In this document: piece after piece, positions 14,881 through 27,056 of the stretch
Numbering within the stretch: the first letter of the stretch is position 1
Layout of the letters: the number at the start of each line of letters is the position of its first letter
Assembly (NCBI RefSeq): GCF_006345805.1
Contig: NC_042997.1
Location: 3,844,001-3,908,000, forward strand
Length of the DNA: 64,000 nucleotides
Direction of reading: 5' to 3'
From: Octopus sinensis
Taxonomy: Eukaryota
The notes under the pieces: generated by a model
What the model was told of the DNA's origin: nothing
The model's database searches: none
Seen by the model: the letters and a program-made list of their open reading frames with translations, nothing else
Translations under genes and position numbers: made by a program

Positions 14881-15435
14881 AACCTAAAATTTTTTCAGAG
14901 ATTCTTACATGAATACGTAACGACGCTATCTAATGATAAGCTCATCTCTAAGGATAATTTGAATAACTAGTTAATCACAGCCACTTATTTAAGAAGTAAA
15001 TATTTCAGCTCCAATGTCACATTAAAAGGATCATAAAACCTAATATTTCGTCCCACTACTTCTTTATAATCTTTCATTATTTTACTTTTCTTCATACGAT
15101 ACAGGAATCAAGTGTTCTCTTGGGAGGAATCCAACAGCTAAGAATGAACAATATCACTGGAAAATGACCTTTTAGATAAAAGTGCTTTGACAAAAGCGAG
15201 TTTATATGAGAACGGAGAGAGTTAGTAAGAGTCTAACTAGAGCGAACACATAAAATGTAAGAAGAGCGGAAAGCATGCCAAAAAGAAATTACTGAAAGAA
15301 AATGAGTGAGATGAGAAAACATGAAATGCAGATGCTTATTTTGAAAAATGTTACAATAAGTAAATATCAAACTTTTTGTGATGCGAAATCGCGCGCGCAA
15401 GCACACACACACATATAAAATTCTTGTACATGGAA

Positions 15436-15486
<51 letters not shown>

Positions 15487-15488
<2 letters not shown>

Positions 15489-15665
15489 TCCCGGGTTGAG
15501 TCGGGGTTAACCACAGTAAATAAGGTACTCAATACATAGCAGAGTAAATTAATTTATTATATAGAAGGAGCTTCTACAGGACTAGAACTGTTTCATTCAA
15601 AAGAAATGATGATTTCTTTTGAATGAAACAGTTCTAGTCCTGTAGAAGCTCCTTCTATATAATAA
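15487..15665. mobile_element. PLE terminal-repeat fragment folded back as a perfect 54-bp inverted repeat inside (TA)n
   Basis: 15554-15607 and 15612-15665 are reverse complements; 15487-15607 is the reverse complement of ~56552-56673 (same family). Confidence 0.85.
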
Positions 15666-15666
15666 T

Positions 15667-15744
<78 letters not shown>

Positions 15745-15790
15745 ATGCATATATAGGTATAAAAAATATAGGTATATAAATACAAATATA

Positions 15791-15958
15791 GGCGCAGGTG
15801 TGGCTGTGTAGTAAGTAGCTTGCTTACCAACCACATGGTTCCGGTTCAGTCCCACAGCGTGACACCTTGGGAAGTATCTTCTACTATAGCCTCTGGCAGA
15901 CCAAAGCCTTGGTGTGGAATTGAAAAATGGAAGCTGAAAGAAGCCCGTCGTTTATATT

Positions 15959-16019
<61 letters not shown>

Positions 16020-16230
16020 GTGTCTGTGTTTGCCCCCCCCCCTAACATCGCTTGACAACTGATGCTGGTGTATTTACGGTTCCGTAACTTAGCGGTTGGA
16101 CAAAAGTGATCGATAGAATAAGTACTAGGCTTACAAAGATGTCCTGGTGACGATTTGCTCGAATAAAGGCGGTGCTCCAGCATAAACGCGGTCAAATGTC
16201 TGAAACAATGAAAGAATAAAAGAAAAAAGA
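15791..16230 (+). mobile_element. tRNA-derived SINE, family B (full length, internal TA/TG microsatellite)
   Basis: ggcgcaggtgtggctgtgtagtaag head, ggttcagtccc B-box, internal microsatellite, A-rich tail; near-TSD aatacaaatatagg / aatacagatatagg. Confidence 0.85.
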
Positions 16231-18767
16231 ATACAGATATAGGTGTGTGTCTGTGCGTGTGTATTTTTATTGTTATTTTAATCCTTATATTTTTGAAAAT
16301 ATTATTCGATAGGGTTTCTGTTTTCATATTTATATGTCTACACAGCTACATTTTCATTTCTGTTAAGATTTTATCGTAAACTTTCAATCTCTGTGTACTC
16401 TCTATACGATATATTAATTCATTATATGTAAACCGTTGATACAAACCCTACAATAACCTGTGTATATGATATTCCGCGTGATGGAAAATTTAGATCGACA
16501 TTTCACATATGTATATGAAAGAGTTTTATCAGAAATAATAATTATTTACGAGTAATTTCCCAATTTCAAACTCATCCATTTTAATTTCGCCATAACTATC
16601 GACATGTATTACTAAAAATGAGATTTGGAAACTGATGTGCTTGTAGATGAATGTAAGTGTTTAGGAATTGATAGATTCGGGATATTATAGTATGGTGCGT
16701 AATTTTAAAGAAAACGAGATAACGTTTCGCACGTAATGTATTATCAGTTCAATACTTCGGTATTTACGAGGCGATGTTGTGTGTAACATAGTTTTGTCAC
16801 ATGAAAACAAGGAAATCATGAACAAGAAAATCGATTAATTATATTCCTTAAAGCTAACAGTTGTGATCTACTCACATTTGTAAATATCTGACACGTATGT
16901 TAGATATGAGTAATTTAATGGATCAACTGATTATTGGAGTTAGTATCAGCAAATATAATTTGGTGTTAGTATATGAATTTATAGTACATAAAACATGTTA
17001 GTCGTATAGATTCTTCGATATCGCACGCAATTTTAATAAATGATTGGCTACCCTTTACTTACCTTGTAAAACACGCAAATATATTGGAGCTATAACAAAC
17101 TGGTTAAATGAATTGCGTGTGGAATGAAACGTTATTGTCATTATATTCTAGGAGTGTCTACATATGTTTGAAAACATTTTGAAATAACAGTAAGGAGGAT
17201 TTAATCGTTGAACCGTCTATCATGAAAGTAAAACTAAAATAATTCGTAAATATTTAAAATGTATATAAATTGTAATATGTACAATACATTTTGTATTATT
17301 TGAGAATTCCTGAAAAGTACCGAAAATACGATGACTATAAGCACATAAAAAGAAAACATTTTCTTTTATTTATGTGAATATTGGCTCCAATAAGAGAAAT
17401 GATATATATTATTTAAACGACTTACCACTAAGAAATATCGAGGTAAGATTCTTCATCATTCCTTCTTAATTCCTGTTTAATATTTAAAATTATGAATAAC
17501 ATTTTTAAAGCTAAAATAATTTTAAAAACATACGGTGTGTCTGAATTACCACTAGTAAATTGAAATGACTCACGTGGTTATTTGAAACACTCACGTCTAC
17601 TTGGTTATGACAAAACACCGCCATTGTTAATTCGTACATGAAACGAATATAGATTACATTATCTGTATTACAGCAGGGAAATTATAAGTAAATGAAAGAA
17701 AGGAGAAAGCCTCTCAACATCTGAATTATGAGCTATAAAATGACGAATTTTTTACAACGTAAAGTGGGTTTATGTCTTTTTTTAACGGAAAAGCTATCAC
17801 ACAAAACAATAAACCGTTCACATCATTTCCAACACAGATAAATTAATTTCTAAAGAGAAAATAGTACATTTACAGTATAAGAAACTTTTTTATGACTACG
17901 TATTTACTATTAAGGAAATGACGATTGCCTGACAATCGATTCTCTGTGTGTGCGTGCGTGTGCGGGGGTTTGTGAATGTTATGAACTGCATTTATTTTCA
18001 GAGAGTTGCTTTAAAACAACAAAAAACTTGGTTGTATATTTCTCTAAAGTACTAGTAACCGTTTCAATATTGAAATAGTTTGACAAACATCTATGATATT
18101 TCAGGGATGTATTACATTTTAAGGATTATATATTTGTATATATATGGTGAATGTTATCCACAGAAAGACCGTAATAAAATATAAATTGGAAAAACATTAA
18201 TTTGTAAAGAAAGTAGTGGACCAGTAATGTTCATAATAACCTTGTTTAAAGAGATGTATCAATTTAAATATTTCATCATCAGAATTGCCAGAAGCATTAA
18301 GAGAAGAGTGATTATGTTAGTGTAGGTAGTGGAACATATTGCCTATGATTTTAATGAACACATGTAAACAAGGGGCAGGGAACCACACATTGGAAGAAGA
18401 TTTACAACCGGTGCAAAACTACTTCTATTCGGTTCTATATGAAAATATTAGTGAATATTAAATGATCCCAAGTCAAAGTGGCCAAGAATTCTGCTTCGGA
18501 ACTGATGAATAGTAATTTTACTTTTCGAATGACGACTACGTCAATAATATGTACTAGACAATCTCTTTGCGCACGCAGGTTTTCGGTTAGGTTAAATGAA
18601 GTTTTAATGGAAAATGCGCCAAAATAGTAAATAATAAATTCGCATTAATGACCCGTTCGGAGTAAAAAAAAGAAGACATAATTCATTACAATGTTAGGTA
18701 GTAGATGAAAGAAGTTCCCTTGTTATATACCTAGAATATTCAGTGTTTTTGAATTGCAAACTACATA

Positions 18768-19288
18768 CCGTAAATCCTCGAGTATAGTCCGCCCGTGAGT
18801 ATAATACGCCGGTTTTTTTAGGGGGCTGTACCTCTGAAAAACCTAAACCATGTGTATAATACGCACCCCTTCTCTAACTTGAGTCGTGCATAATTAAGCC
18901 AGCAGCACCTAGTCGAACAAACATTTCCGCGCATGCGTAATACAATAATGGTGATGTTCTTAACTATTATACACGAATGTAAATATGATAGCAAATTGTT
19001 TTTGTTACATGTTATTCTGTGTCCTGAATACTTTTATTTCAATAAATGTTGCTTACTGCAAGTTATGGATGATTTTTTAATGACTTCAATGCTTTCAGGC
19101 TTAGCTTATGGTATTTTTGCTCCCGACATTTTAAAATGCGTCCGAATAAACATTGCCGGACAGCAAATAGGGACTCATAGATTGCTTAGAAAATATTTTT
19201 CATTTTTAACCACGTATATAGTACGTACTAGGGATTTTGAACTTTAAATTTTTGGGGGAAAATGCGGATTATACTCGAGGATTTACGG
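18768..19288. mobile_element. Non-autonomous Tc1/mariner-superfamily element (MITE), 521 bp
   Basis: TIRs ccgtaaatcctcgagtata / tatactcgaggatttacgg, each flanked by TA (18766-18767, 19289-19290); no transposase ORF. Confidence 0.9.
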
Positions 19289-20528
19289 TAATTGATCAAG
19301 TCCACACTGTCAATTAGCGATGCTTATATAACTATGATAATATAAATTAGACACGTTGTTAATGAAACAATTTATTACAAATAGTAGAATTTTGATATAT
19401 TAGAAATTATGAAAACATACAAAATAATCTTCCTCGCCTGTGTATAATGCTGTCGCAGAGAACTTTAGATCTGTCACTGGTGTGAACCGAAGTGTGGGCC
19501 ATATCGGAGAGCGTGTGAAAATGGAGAGTTGCATGAAAAAGCATTCTTGAAATTTACTGCTATAATTATTTCAAGACAATGTAATACTTTGAAAATTAGT
19601 CAAGTTTGGTTATGAAATCGAATAGATAATTCTCCGCAGAAATTAATGTCAAACAATGTGAATGAAAGTAATTACAGCCGAAGATTTCGAGGTATTGTGA
19701 CTCTAGTTTGTATTCCTCAAATGCGATGTGAAAAGCATTGTTTTACCATTTGACTTTAAAAGATTGCCATGAATAACGTAGCTCTTCTACGACCATGCTA
19801 GACTACTGGGAAACAATGCATTACAAGTCCATCGTATTGCCTATATAGTGTTGTTGAGCAACAACAGGAGAATGCTCATGAGAGATTAAAGTAAATTTTG
19901 ATAGAAAAAGAAACCAAGATGATAAAAATGTTGGGGTTACCTACAAAATCCCAAACGTATTAGAGAAAACAAATTAACCTGAATAGAAAGCAAAACACTG
20001 CTCAGATATTTAAATATCAATGAAGTATATTGCTTGTTTTGGAAAGAAATTTTAATTTGCTTCTACAAAGCGATTTCCTTTTCTAATAAAAGGGTTTTAA
20101 GTCACCCTTTTTTTTTTCTAAATTTTACAATATGTTAAGCCGTTCTAGCTAAGCATCCTTACACAGGGAAAATAGAAATATCTGTTGCAAATCTTCATAT
20201 ATATATTTCATATATAGAATGGGAATATTTTCAATAATAGGTTTTAAATTTGACAGGAATTCTAGTATTAATTCATCAGCAGTTACATTAAAGTTAATTT
20301 TCTTTTCTTTTATTTTTTAATGAATAATGGTCCACAATCTGAAATGAGAGGCAATTTTTAAAACATTGCTTTTATTTGCATTGTTTTGTTTATATTAATG
20401 TGAACAATTCCGGACTTGACACATGCCGGTCAATTTTAAAATAGTCGAAATGTACACTGCGAATTAATAAAGAGAATGGGGCGTTGTTGTCCTTACGTAC
20501 ATATCATAAGATATATATATATATATAT

Positions 20529-20967
20529 ATGAATAAAAAATGGAGTTAACGCAGGTTTAAACAAGTATTTTTACTTCCTACATATGTTTCAAAAATTCCA
20601 CTGATACTTATTCAAAAGCGTTCTGTCTATCGCTATACGAATCCATCATTTTTTGCTAAAATGTCGTATTGACAAGTTTCGTTTTTTAATTTTCCCGAAG
20701 AGAAGATTGCATTGTTTATACCTTTTATTCTTTTGAATAAGTATCAGTGGAATTTTTGAAACATATGTAGAAAGTAAAAATACTTGTTTAAACCTGCGTT
20801 AACTCCATTTTTTATTCATATTATTCAAATATTCAACGTAAATACAAAGTTTCAACCTTTATAAACAAGGAGTTACAACATCTTTACTTGTGAGATTTTT
20901 GCTGCCCTGGTAACTATTCATTCATTTATCCGTGTTAATTCTTAACAAGGTAAAATACACTCATTTA

Positions 20968-20970
<3 letters not shown>
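20529..20970. mobile_element. PLE-type terminal repeat with ~90-bp inverted copy, between (TA)n tracts
   Basis: 20529-20618 vs 20730-20819 inverted with one mismatch seen; contains GAA-ACATATGT-A (palindromic hammerhead stem III-like) with a degenerate core. Confidence 0.75.
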
Positions 20971-21052
<82 letters not shown>

Positions 21053-21574
21053 TTGAAATATTCCTAATTTCAGCATATCTACAAAAGAACAAAGGAGGAA
21101 ACATATTTGCTTTGGTATTGTGATATGCCGGAAACTGCATTTCTAACACACATTTGACTAACAGGTCCATGTAAGAGTTCGCCTATACATGCGGACAAAT
21201 TCAAATATCCGTACCTCATGTGAGATCCTCATCCTCTCCATATCTGATTTTACAGCATAAATGTCTCTTTAAAGAATGTTATTTCTTTTTGTTTTAGCGT
21301 TAAGTTTTGAGAATTATTGCTTATCACTAAGGTATTGCAAGGTAGTTTGAAATATTTCACTGCAATAATTTGCGCTACTTAATTAAGCTTGTGAACTGTC
21401 ACAAACATTTTTCGTAAGAGTGTAAAATAAGTATATTGAATTACTATCCAATGACATATAATTTCGCCTACTTCTACATACATATATATATATATATATA
21501 TACATACATATATATATATATATATAATATATATATATATATATAAATAAATATATTTATATATATATTATATA

Positions 21575-21790
21575 TACGATGGCTTCATCTTGAGAAATAA
21601 AAGACGGCCCTGCAACAAACACACCACATCCCATTGCACTCTACAATCACTCCGTTGATGAGCCATTAGATGACTTTTAAGACCACCGGCTGACAGGGTT
21701 TCTTCTATATCTTTGCCCTTTCGAATCTGATTCTGATGGGACGTTTTTGTGAACTAGGATATGTCTTCTACGTCCCGATATTGTTAATTG
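21575..21790 (-). mobile_element. Probable RTE-type LINE 3' end
   Basis: Minus strand encodes SAGGLKSHLMAH (C-terminal C2H2-like motif of RTE ORF2), then a short UTR ending at a (TA)n tract. Confidence 0.45.
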
Positions 21791-22299
21791 ACATATGATA
21801 CAAACACGCACACAGACACACATACATACACACACATATATCTGTATGTATGTATAAAATATATGATAAAGACGGAAAATGGAATACACACGTAACTTCA
21901 CTCCTCAAACAGATTGTTTCGCCATTTCCTACGTCGATCTCTTTGAGCAGGGAAATTATACAACTAATTGTGGACGATCATTGAACGGCTTAAATTCTCG
22001 GTTATTAACAACACGCTGTATTAAATCTGATCACAACAGATTTCATTCATGGTGACATCTCTTATTACATCACATGAGACGCTTCTACACCACAATACGA
22101 TGTGTATTTTTCAAAACCCAAGGGATGGACGTAGCATGTGTCGAAAAGATCGTTTTGGGCAATTAAGCTTTCCATGTATTTAATTTCCTCTCCTTATGTG
22201 TTTTATACACAACCTACAATAAGGAACTCCTCAAGTAGATTCAGCGACAATTGCGTACTTATCGCGGATGACGCTAATAGTATTTACACACAAGGTAGA

Positions 22300-22650
22300 G
22301 GTAACTTATTTGTATTCCATTCTGCTTAAATAATAGAACTGCAGATAAAATATACCTGTATATCTCACGTCTGTTTTCATTCCTCCACTTTAATCTCAAT
22401 GTCATATCTTCTCATACCGTCTCCGATGAATGGATATATAAAATATCCCAGAAACCGCTGTAAGACCATCTCTTTATAAACGTTGTGAAATATTTCACAG
22501 CCTTGGATTTTTATCTCATTCTGTTATTTTTTTATATATACTCGTGTTAATTTATGACCTACACTGGACTCCTCATTCGCATAATCACCGAACCTGGAGC
22601 TTAACTATAGTCTGTCAATGGCACTTACTCAGCACTAGCTGATACCTATC
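22300..22650 (+). mobile_element. PLE terminal repeat (same family as 41400-41760)
   Basis: Homologous to the reverse complement of 41400-41760; contains a hammerhead-like motif. Confidence 0.7.
22419..22466 (+). ncRNA. Minimal type I hammerhead-like motif (U4>C core variant)
   Basis: GTCT-CCGATGA-A-TGGATAT ATAAA ATATCCCA-GAAAC-CGCT-GTA-AGAC; stem I GTCT/AGAC, stem II GGATAT/ATATCC. Confidence 0.6.
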
Positions 22651-22676
22651 GTTCTCCTCGACACCATCGCATAAAT

Positions 22677-22876
22677 GATGTTGATCACACATTTATTCAT
22701 TTCACAACTAAGTTGTTAGAAGAACAACTTAGTTGTGAAATGTAAAGATGTGTGATCAACATCTTTTCCTCATACATCAGGAAATTACATCTGCATTATT
22801 ATGGATACATTCATCCTCTCTGTGAATAACATCTTTCCTCATATCTCCGGAAATTACATCTGCATTATTATGGATG
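22677..22876. repeat. Fold-back hairpin (22677-22763) centred on a broken hammerhead core, followed by a ~45-bp direct duplication
   Basis: gatgttgatcacacat...ttcacaactaagttgtt AGAAG aacaacttagttgtgaaatg...atgtgtgatcaacatc; the right arm reads agaaga-ACAAC TTA GTTGT-GAAA-TGTA. Confidence 0.7.
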
Positions 22877-23166
22877 GATTTACCTTCTCTGAGAAGTTAA
22901 CAATCATTTAAAAACTGTTTATAAAACTGTGCATCATTAGAAAACATTTTAAGTCTGCTTACAATCTAACTTTTAATTTCATAGCACTCCCTTCGATACA
23001 TCATGAGGGTAGCCTCACTCCTAGGATGTTTGGAAAACTCATATGTGTTTTGGCTGATGAATACGGGACATTTGTATTTGCCGCAATATTTGCAGCTTTA
23101 AATAAAACTGTTCTTCTTATGAAACAATTGTACAGAACTACTAATCAATTCTTGTTGCTTTTTTCT

Positions 23167-23216
<50 letters not shown>

Positions 23217-23829
23217 TATTCCTCTTCTACACATACATATGATTCTGCTGCACCTCAGTGCACACTGCACAATTTTGCATCCTGATGGGATTCTTTTGTA
23301 GTATTTGCCCCTTTTTCATGGTGCTACTAACTGTATTTCAGATCCAATCTGAAATAAATACCAGTCCAACATAAATATTTCATACACATAGAGTACGTAT
23401 TCGGAAAATAACTTAGATGCTGAGCTTTTCAAATCTGCTGATAAAAAAAACAGGTGACTAGCTATGCAACAATGTGTCAGTAGTTGGCAATGTATTTTAT
23501 ACTCAGAGTGGTGAATGGCAGTATATTATGCACCAGGTTACTTAGTGTATGTTGACGCTATGTTTCTTACTATTTTAATCATTTCTCTCACTACTACTAC
23601 TGCTACCTATAATAATCTTATTATCATAAATATTATTGTTAATAATAAGTTATTCTATTATTAAATTTGCTAATTTTTATAATTAAATTAAATTGGAGAT
23701 CGTTAATTATATTCCCTAACAGTTCTTTGATATTTATAATTAAGTTTATTTATTTAGGAGTTTTTATTCAATCACCCACTCTACTTGTTATTATTTGCAC
23801 GATTTCTATGCTACTTTTTGTTTGACGTA

Positions 23830-24860
23830 TCATACAATCACTGAAATTGATTAAATGTGTGTTTAGAGTGATGAACTTATCGTCACGTGCTCTCGTGTCT
23901 ATGGTTTTTTAATTTGGATTTTGATGTAAGAATTTCATACATATCTTCAACTCAAAATTCACCCTGCTTGATTCTTCTACTATATAGGTGACCTCTAATA
24001 ATTATTTCTCAGGCAATTTCATATTACTTATTATTAGCTTTTATGGACCAAATTAATTTGCTTGATCTAGTATTATTATTCTTTTTGCTGTCTCTAAATG
24101 AGTTTTCATGAGTAGCAATTCTTGTTTTTATATATGATTTTCAAGCGCCGGCATAATCATATACCTGTCCTTCTGAGATTACCTTACACCAGTATACCGT
24201 TTCATTAATTTTGCTTTTAGATTCAAGGGGACATAATCAATTCGTTGCGCAATCACATTTTTTTAGCTCTAACCCTGTTTTGTAACTCTTTATTTCCTTC
24301 GTCATTATTTATATATTTGCTCCATTTAATGTCTAATTTACATTCCTCCCCTCCGTTTTCTTGTTTTTATTTTTCGTTAATTTAAAAGTCACTTTCCAAA
24401 ATATTATTTGAGTTATTGTTCACATCTCTATTATTATTAATAATAATTTCGCTTTTTCCATGTCTTAGGTTACTATCATTGTATTTGCTTTTGCACTATT
24501 GCTCATGTTATCGTACGTGTCAACCGGTGCAGATGCTTGTATAGTGCTTTTCGTAGTTACTTCTATTGCTTTGTTTCCTTATTTCCTTTATTTTCATTAA
24601 GAAAGCGGGTTTCGTTTCTATTAGGCTATATGCATGTTATTGTTCATCTCCTTTCTTAGACCTAATTTAATCTTTTAGCGTTTTGTACAGCTATTATTTG
24701 TGCCATGTTCACTAAATTGGAAAATAGTTATCCTTACTAAATGCAAATTACAAATTTTAGGAAAATGCTTTCGGTATATTATTGCACGATTCTGTACCAA
24801 ATGGAATAATGAACCACTTATTATTGCTATTAAGTGTAGTTTTATAGAAATTATTACTTT
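23830..24860 (-). pseudogene. Decayed Penelope-like element ORF (RT-EN linker + GIY-YIG endonuclease)
   Basis: Minus strand: KWFIIPFG (cf. WFNPPF), NMAQIIAVQNAKRL, CDC...CPL...ETVYWCKV...YAG...IKTRIATHENSFR...SKLIWSIK...YEIA*EII; this matches the Cys-rich linker and C-terminal GIY-YIG layout of PLEs; multiple stops. Confidence 0.85.
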
Positions 24861-24934
24861 TTTATTGTAGGGGTGTTTTTCTTACGTATTAATCATGTAT
24901 GTTTATTCCATGTTTATTTATATTCGCGATTTTT

Positions 24935-25830
24935 TATATTATTATTGTTATTACTATTAATATTATTATTATTATTATTCAGTAGTTTTATTTTTATAAC
25001 GTGCTGTCTCTTCACTACTGATCGCAGCTCTCTGTGCCTTGGTTACGTGCTGTGATTTGTTGTGATACTCTGATGGTTATTGTATGAAAAGTGTTCTGCG
25101 TATGATGTGTGCTGCCTAGTAGTGCAATTTTCTGTATGTTATATGTGTTTGTAAGTCCTGGTGTTTTTGTTATGTATTGGTCTGAATATTTTCTATCATG
25201 CCTAATGCACCTACTATGATAGGAATTGTTTCTGTTTTTAGATTCCACATTCTAGTTACCTCTATTTCCAGGTCTTTGTATGTTGAAATTTCTCCATTTC
25301 TTTTTAGAGAAACGTTGTCATCTGCTTGTATTGATACATCAATTAGAAAGCATTTTTTTTTCTTTATGATCTCTGACAACTATATCTGGTCTGTTGGCCT
25401 GGTGTGTTCCTATACCATCTATTTTCTGTTGTTATTCCATAATGTTGGCATAGCTTCCAGTGTATGTGGGTCCCAAATTTGTCGTGTCTGTGAATATATT
25501 CCTTCTTAGCCAGGACTGGGCACCCAGAGATAATATGATCTATTGTTTCTCGTCCATCTCCACATATTCAGCATTTACTTGTTAGGTTTCTTTTCATTAT
25601 ATGTATTCGGTAATTTCTGGTGGGGAGGCTTTGGTCTTGTGCTGCAATTAAAAATCCCTCTCTCTCTGCTTTGAGTCCTGAGCTGGGATTTTTCTTTGTC
25701 TATTTCTTTTCCATTTAGATTAGTCCAGTTATTGCCATGAAGGGGCTTACCTTGCTATCGTTTTAGCATGGTCCGTTGCTGTTCTAGTTTTACTTTTGAT
25801 TTCATTTGCTTTATAGCTTTTGTTGCGTTT
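24935..25830 (-). mobile_element. Dong/R4-like non-LTR retrotransposon 3' part (CCHC + restriction-like endonuclease)
   Basis: GFLIAAQDQSLPTRNY...C.ICG...ETIDHIISGCPVLAK, then CFLIDVSI.ADDNV...YKDLEIEVTRMWNLKTETIPIIVGALG; TAA-type repeats on both sides. Confidence 0.9.
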
Positions 25831-25882
25831 TTTCTTCTTCTTCTTTTTTTTTCTTCTTCTTCTTCTTCTTCTTCTTCTTCTT

Positions 25883-25956
<74 letters not shown>
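25831..25956. repeat. (TTC)n(TTA)n microsatellite
   Basis: Directly visible; a (CTA)n/(CTG)n tract also lies at 26402-26506. Confidence 0.95.
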
Positions 25957-26449
25957 GCAGTAGTTTTATTTTTATAGCGCGCTTTCATTTCATTTCAACC
26001 AAAATTTCTCTTTACCGTATAGCTACATGATTTCCGATCAATTGCCTCAAAAGATTTATAGTCAAATGAGGAAAATAATCCGTACTGTTAATAGTTTGTT
26101 GCCGCTGTTTGCCTGCTAATATAGAATATATAGTAAACTAAACTTGAATGGAAAACTGTTTGATACTTTGTTAAAGGCATTTTGAATGGTAATTAACGAT
26201 TAATAAATGAGACCCGACTCCTCTTGTTTTAATTACGTGTTTCATTATTGAGCTACGGGTGAGCTGAGAACATTTTTTTGGTTATTTATTGATACATCTT
26301 TTGTTTAGAGTATTTCCGAACTTTCAGGATTACTTTGAAGCAATTTTTTATGCATGTATTTGCTATGCATGTTCAAGGCAATTTTGACTCAGTAGATGAC
26401 GTTACTACTACTACTACAACTACTACTACTGTTGCTGCTGCTGCTGCTG

Positions 26450-26506
<57 letters not shown>

Positions 26507-26737
26507 TCTAGTCGAAGACGACGTATGTGTATTCAGCTCTGTTGCCAGCAAAGGGATGTTCACTTCTAGTGGCATCTTCGGTAACTTTATTTTGACAATC
26601 TTCCGAGCAAGGTATGCTATAATGTTTGGAGGTTTGTAGATTGATGTTACATTTCTTTGACTTTAAAATATATTTTGCTCGTCACTGCAGCTTCTGGGTC
26701 TGTTGTTGCTATTGTTTTTGTAGTTGTTGTTGAGTGA

Positions 26738-27056
26738 GGGCGCGTGGCTTAGTGGTTAGGGCATTCGGCTCATGATCGTAAGGTTGTGAATTCGATTCCC
26801 GGCGACGCATTGTGTCCTTGAGCAAGACACTTTATTTCACATTGCTCCAGTCCACTCAGCTGGCAAAACTGAGTTGTACTTGTATTTCAAAGGGTCAGCC
26901 TTGTCACTCTCTGTGTCACGCTGATTATCCTCGAGAACTACGTTAAGGGTACCTGTGTCTGTGGAATGCTCAGCCATTTGCACGTTAATTTCACGAGCAA
27001 GCTGTTCCGTTGATCGTATCAGCTGGGACCCTCGTCGTCGTAACCGGCGGAGTCTT
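26738..27056 (+). mobile_element. tRNA-derived SINE, family C
   Basis: ggcgcgtggcttagtggttagggcattcggctcatgatcgtaaggttgtgaattcgattccc tRNA-like head with A and B boxes; tgtgtccttgagcaagacactt core; body shared with the 45085 copy. Confidence 0.85.

Noticed and set aside
23545-23595. GAAAC-ATAGC-GTC on the minus strand downstream of the PLE ORF
   Set aside because: Position fits a hammerhead remnant, but the core and stems are too decayed to support a call
26738-26810. tRNA-like sequences (also 15791, 45085, 61899)
   Set aside because: A and B boxes continue into SINE bodies; no complete cloverleaf acceptor stem
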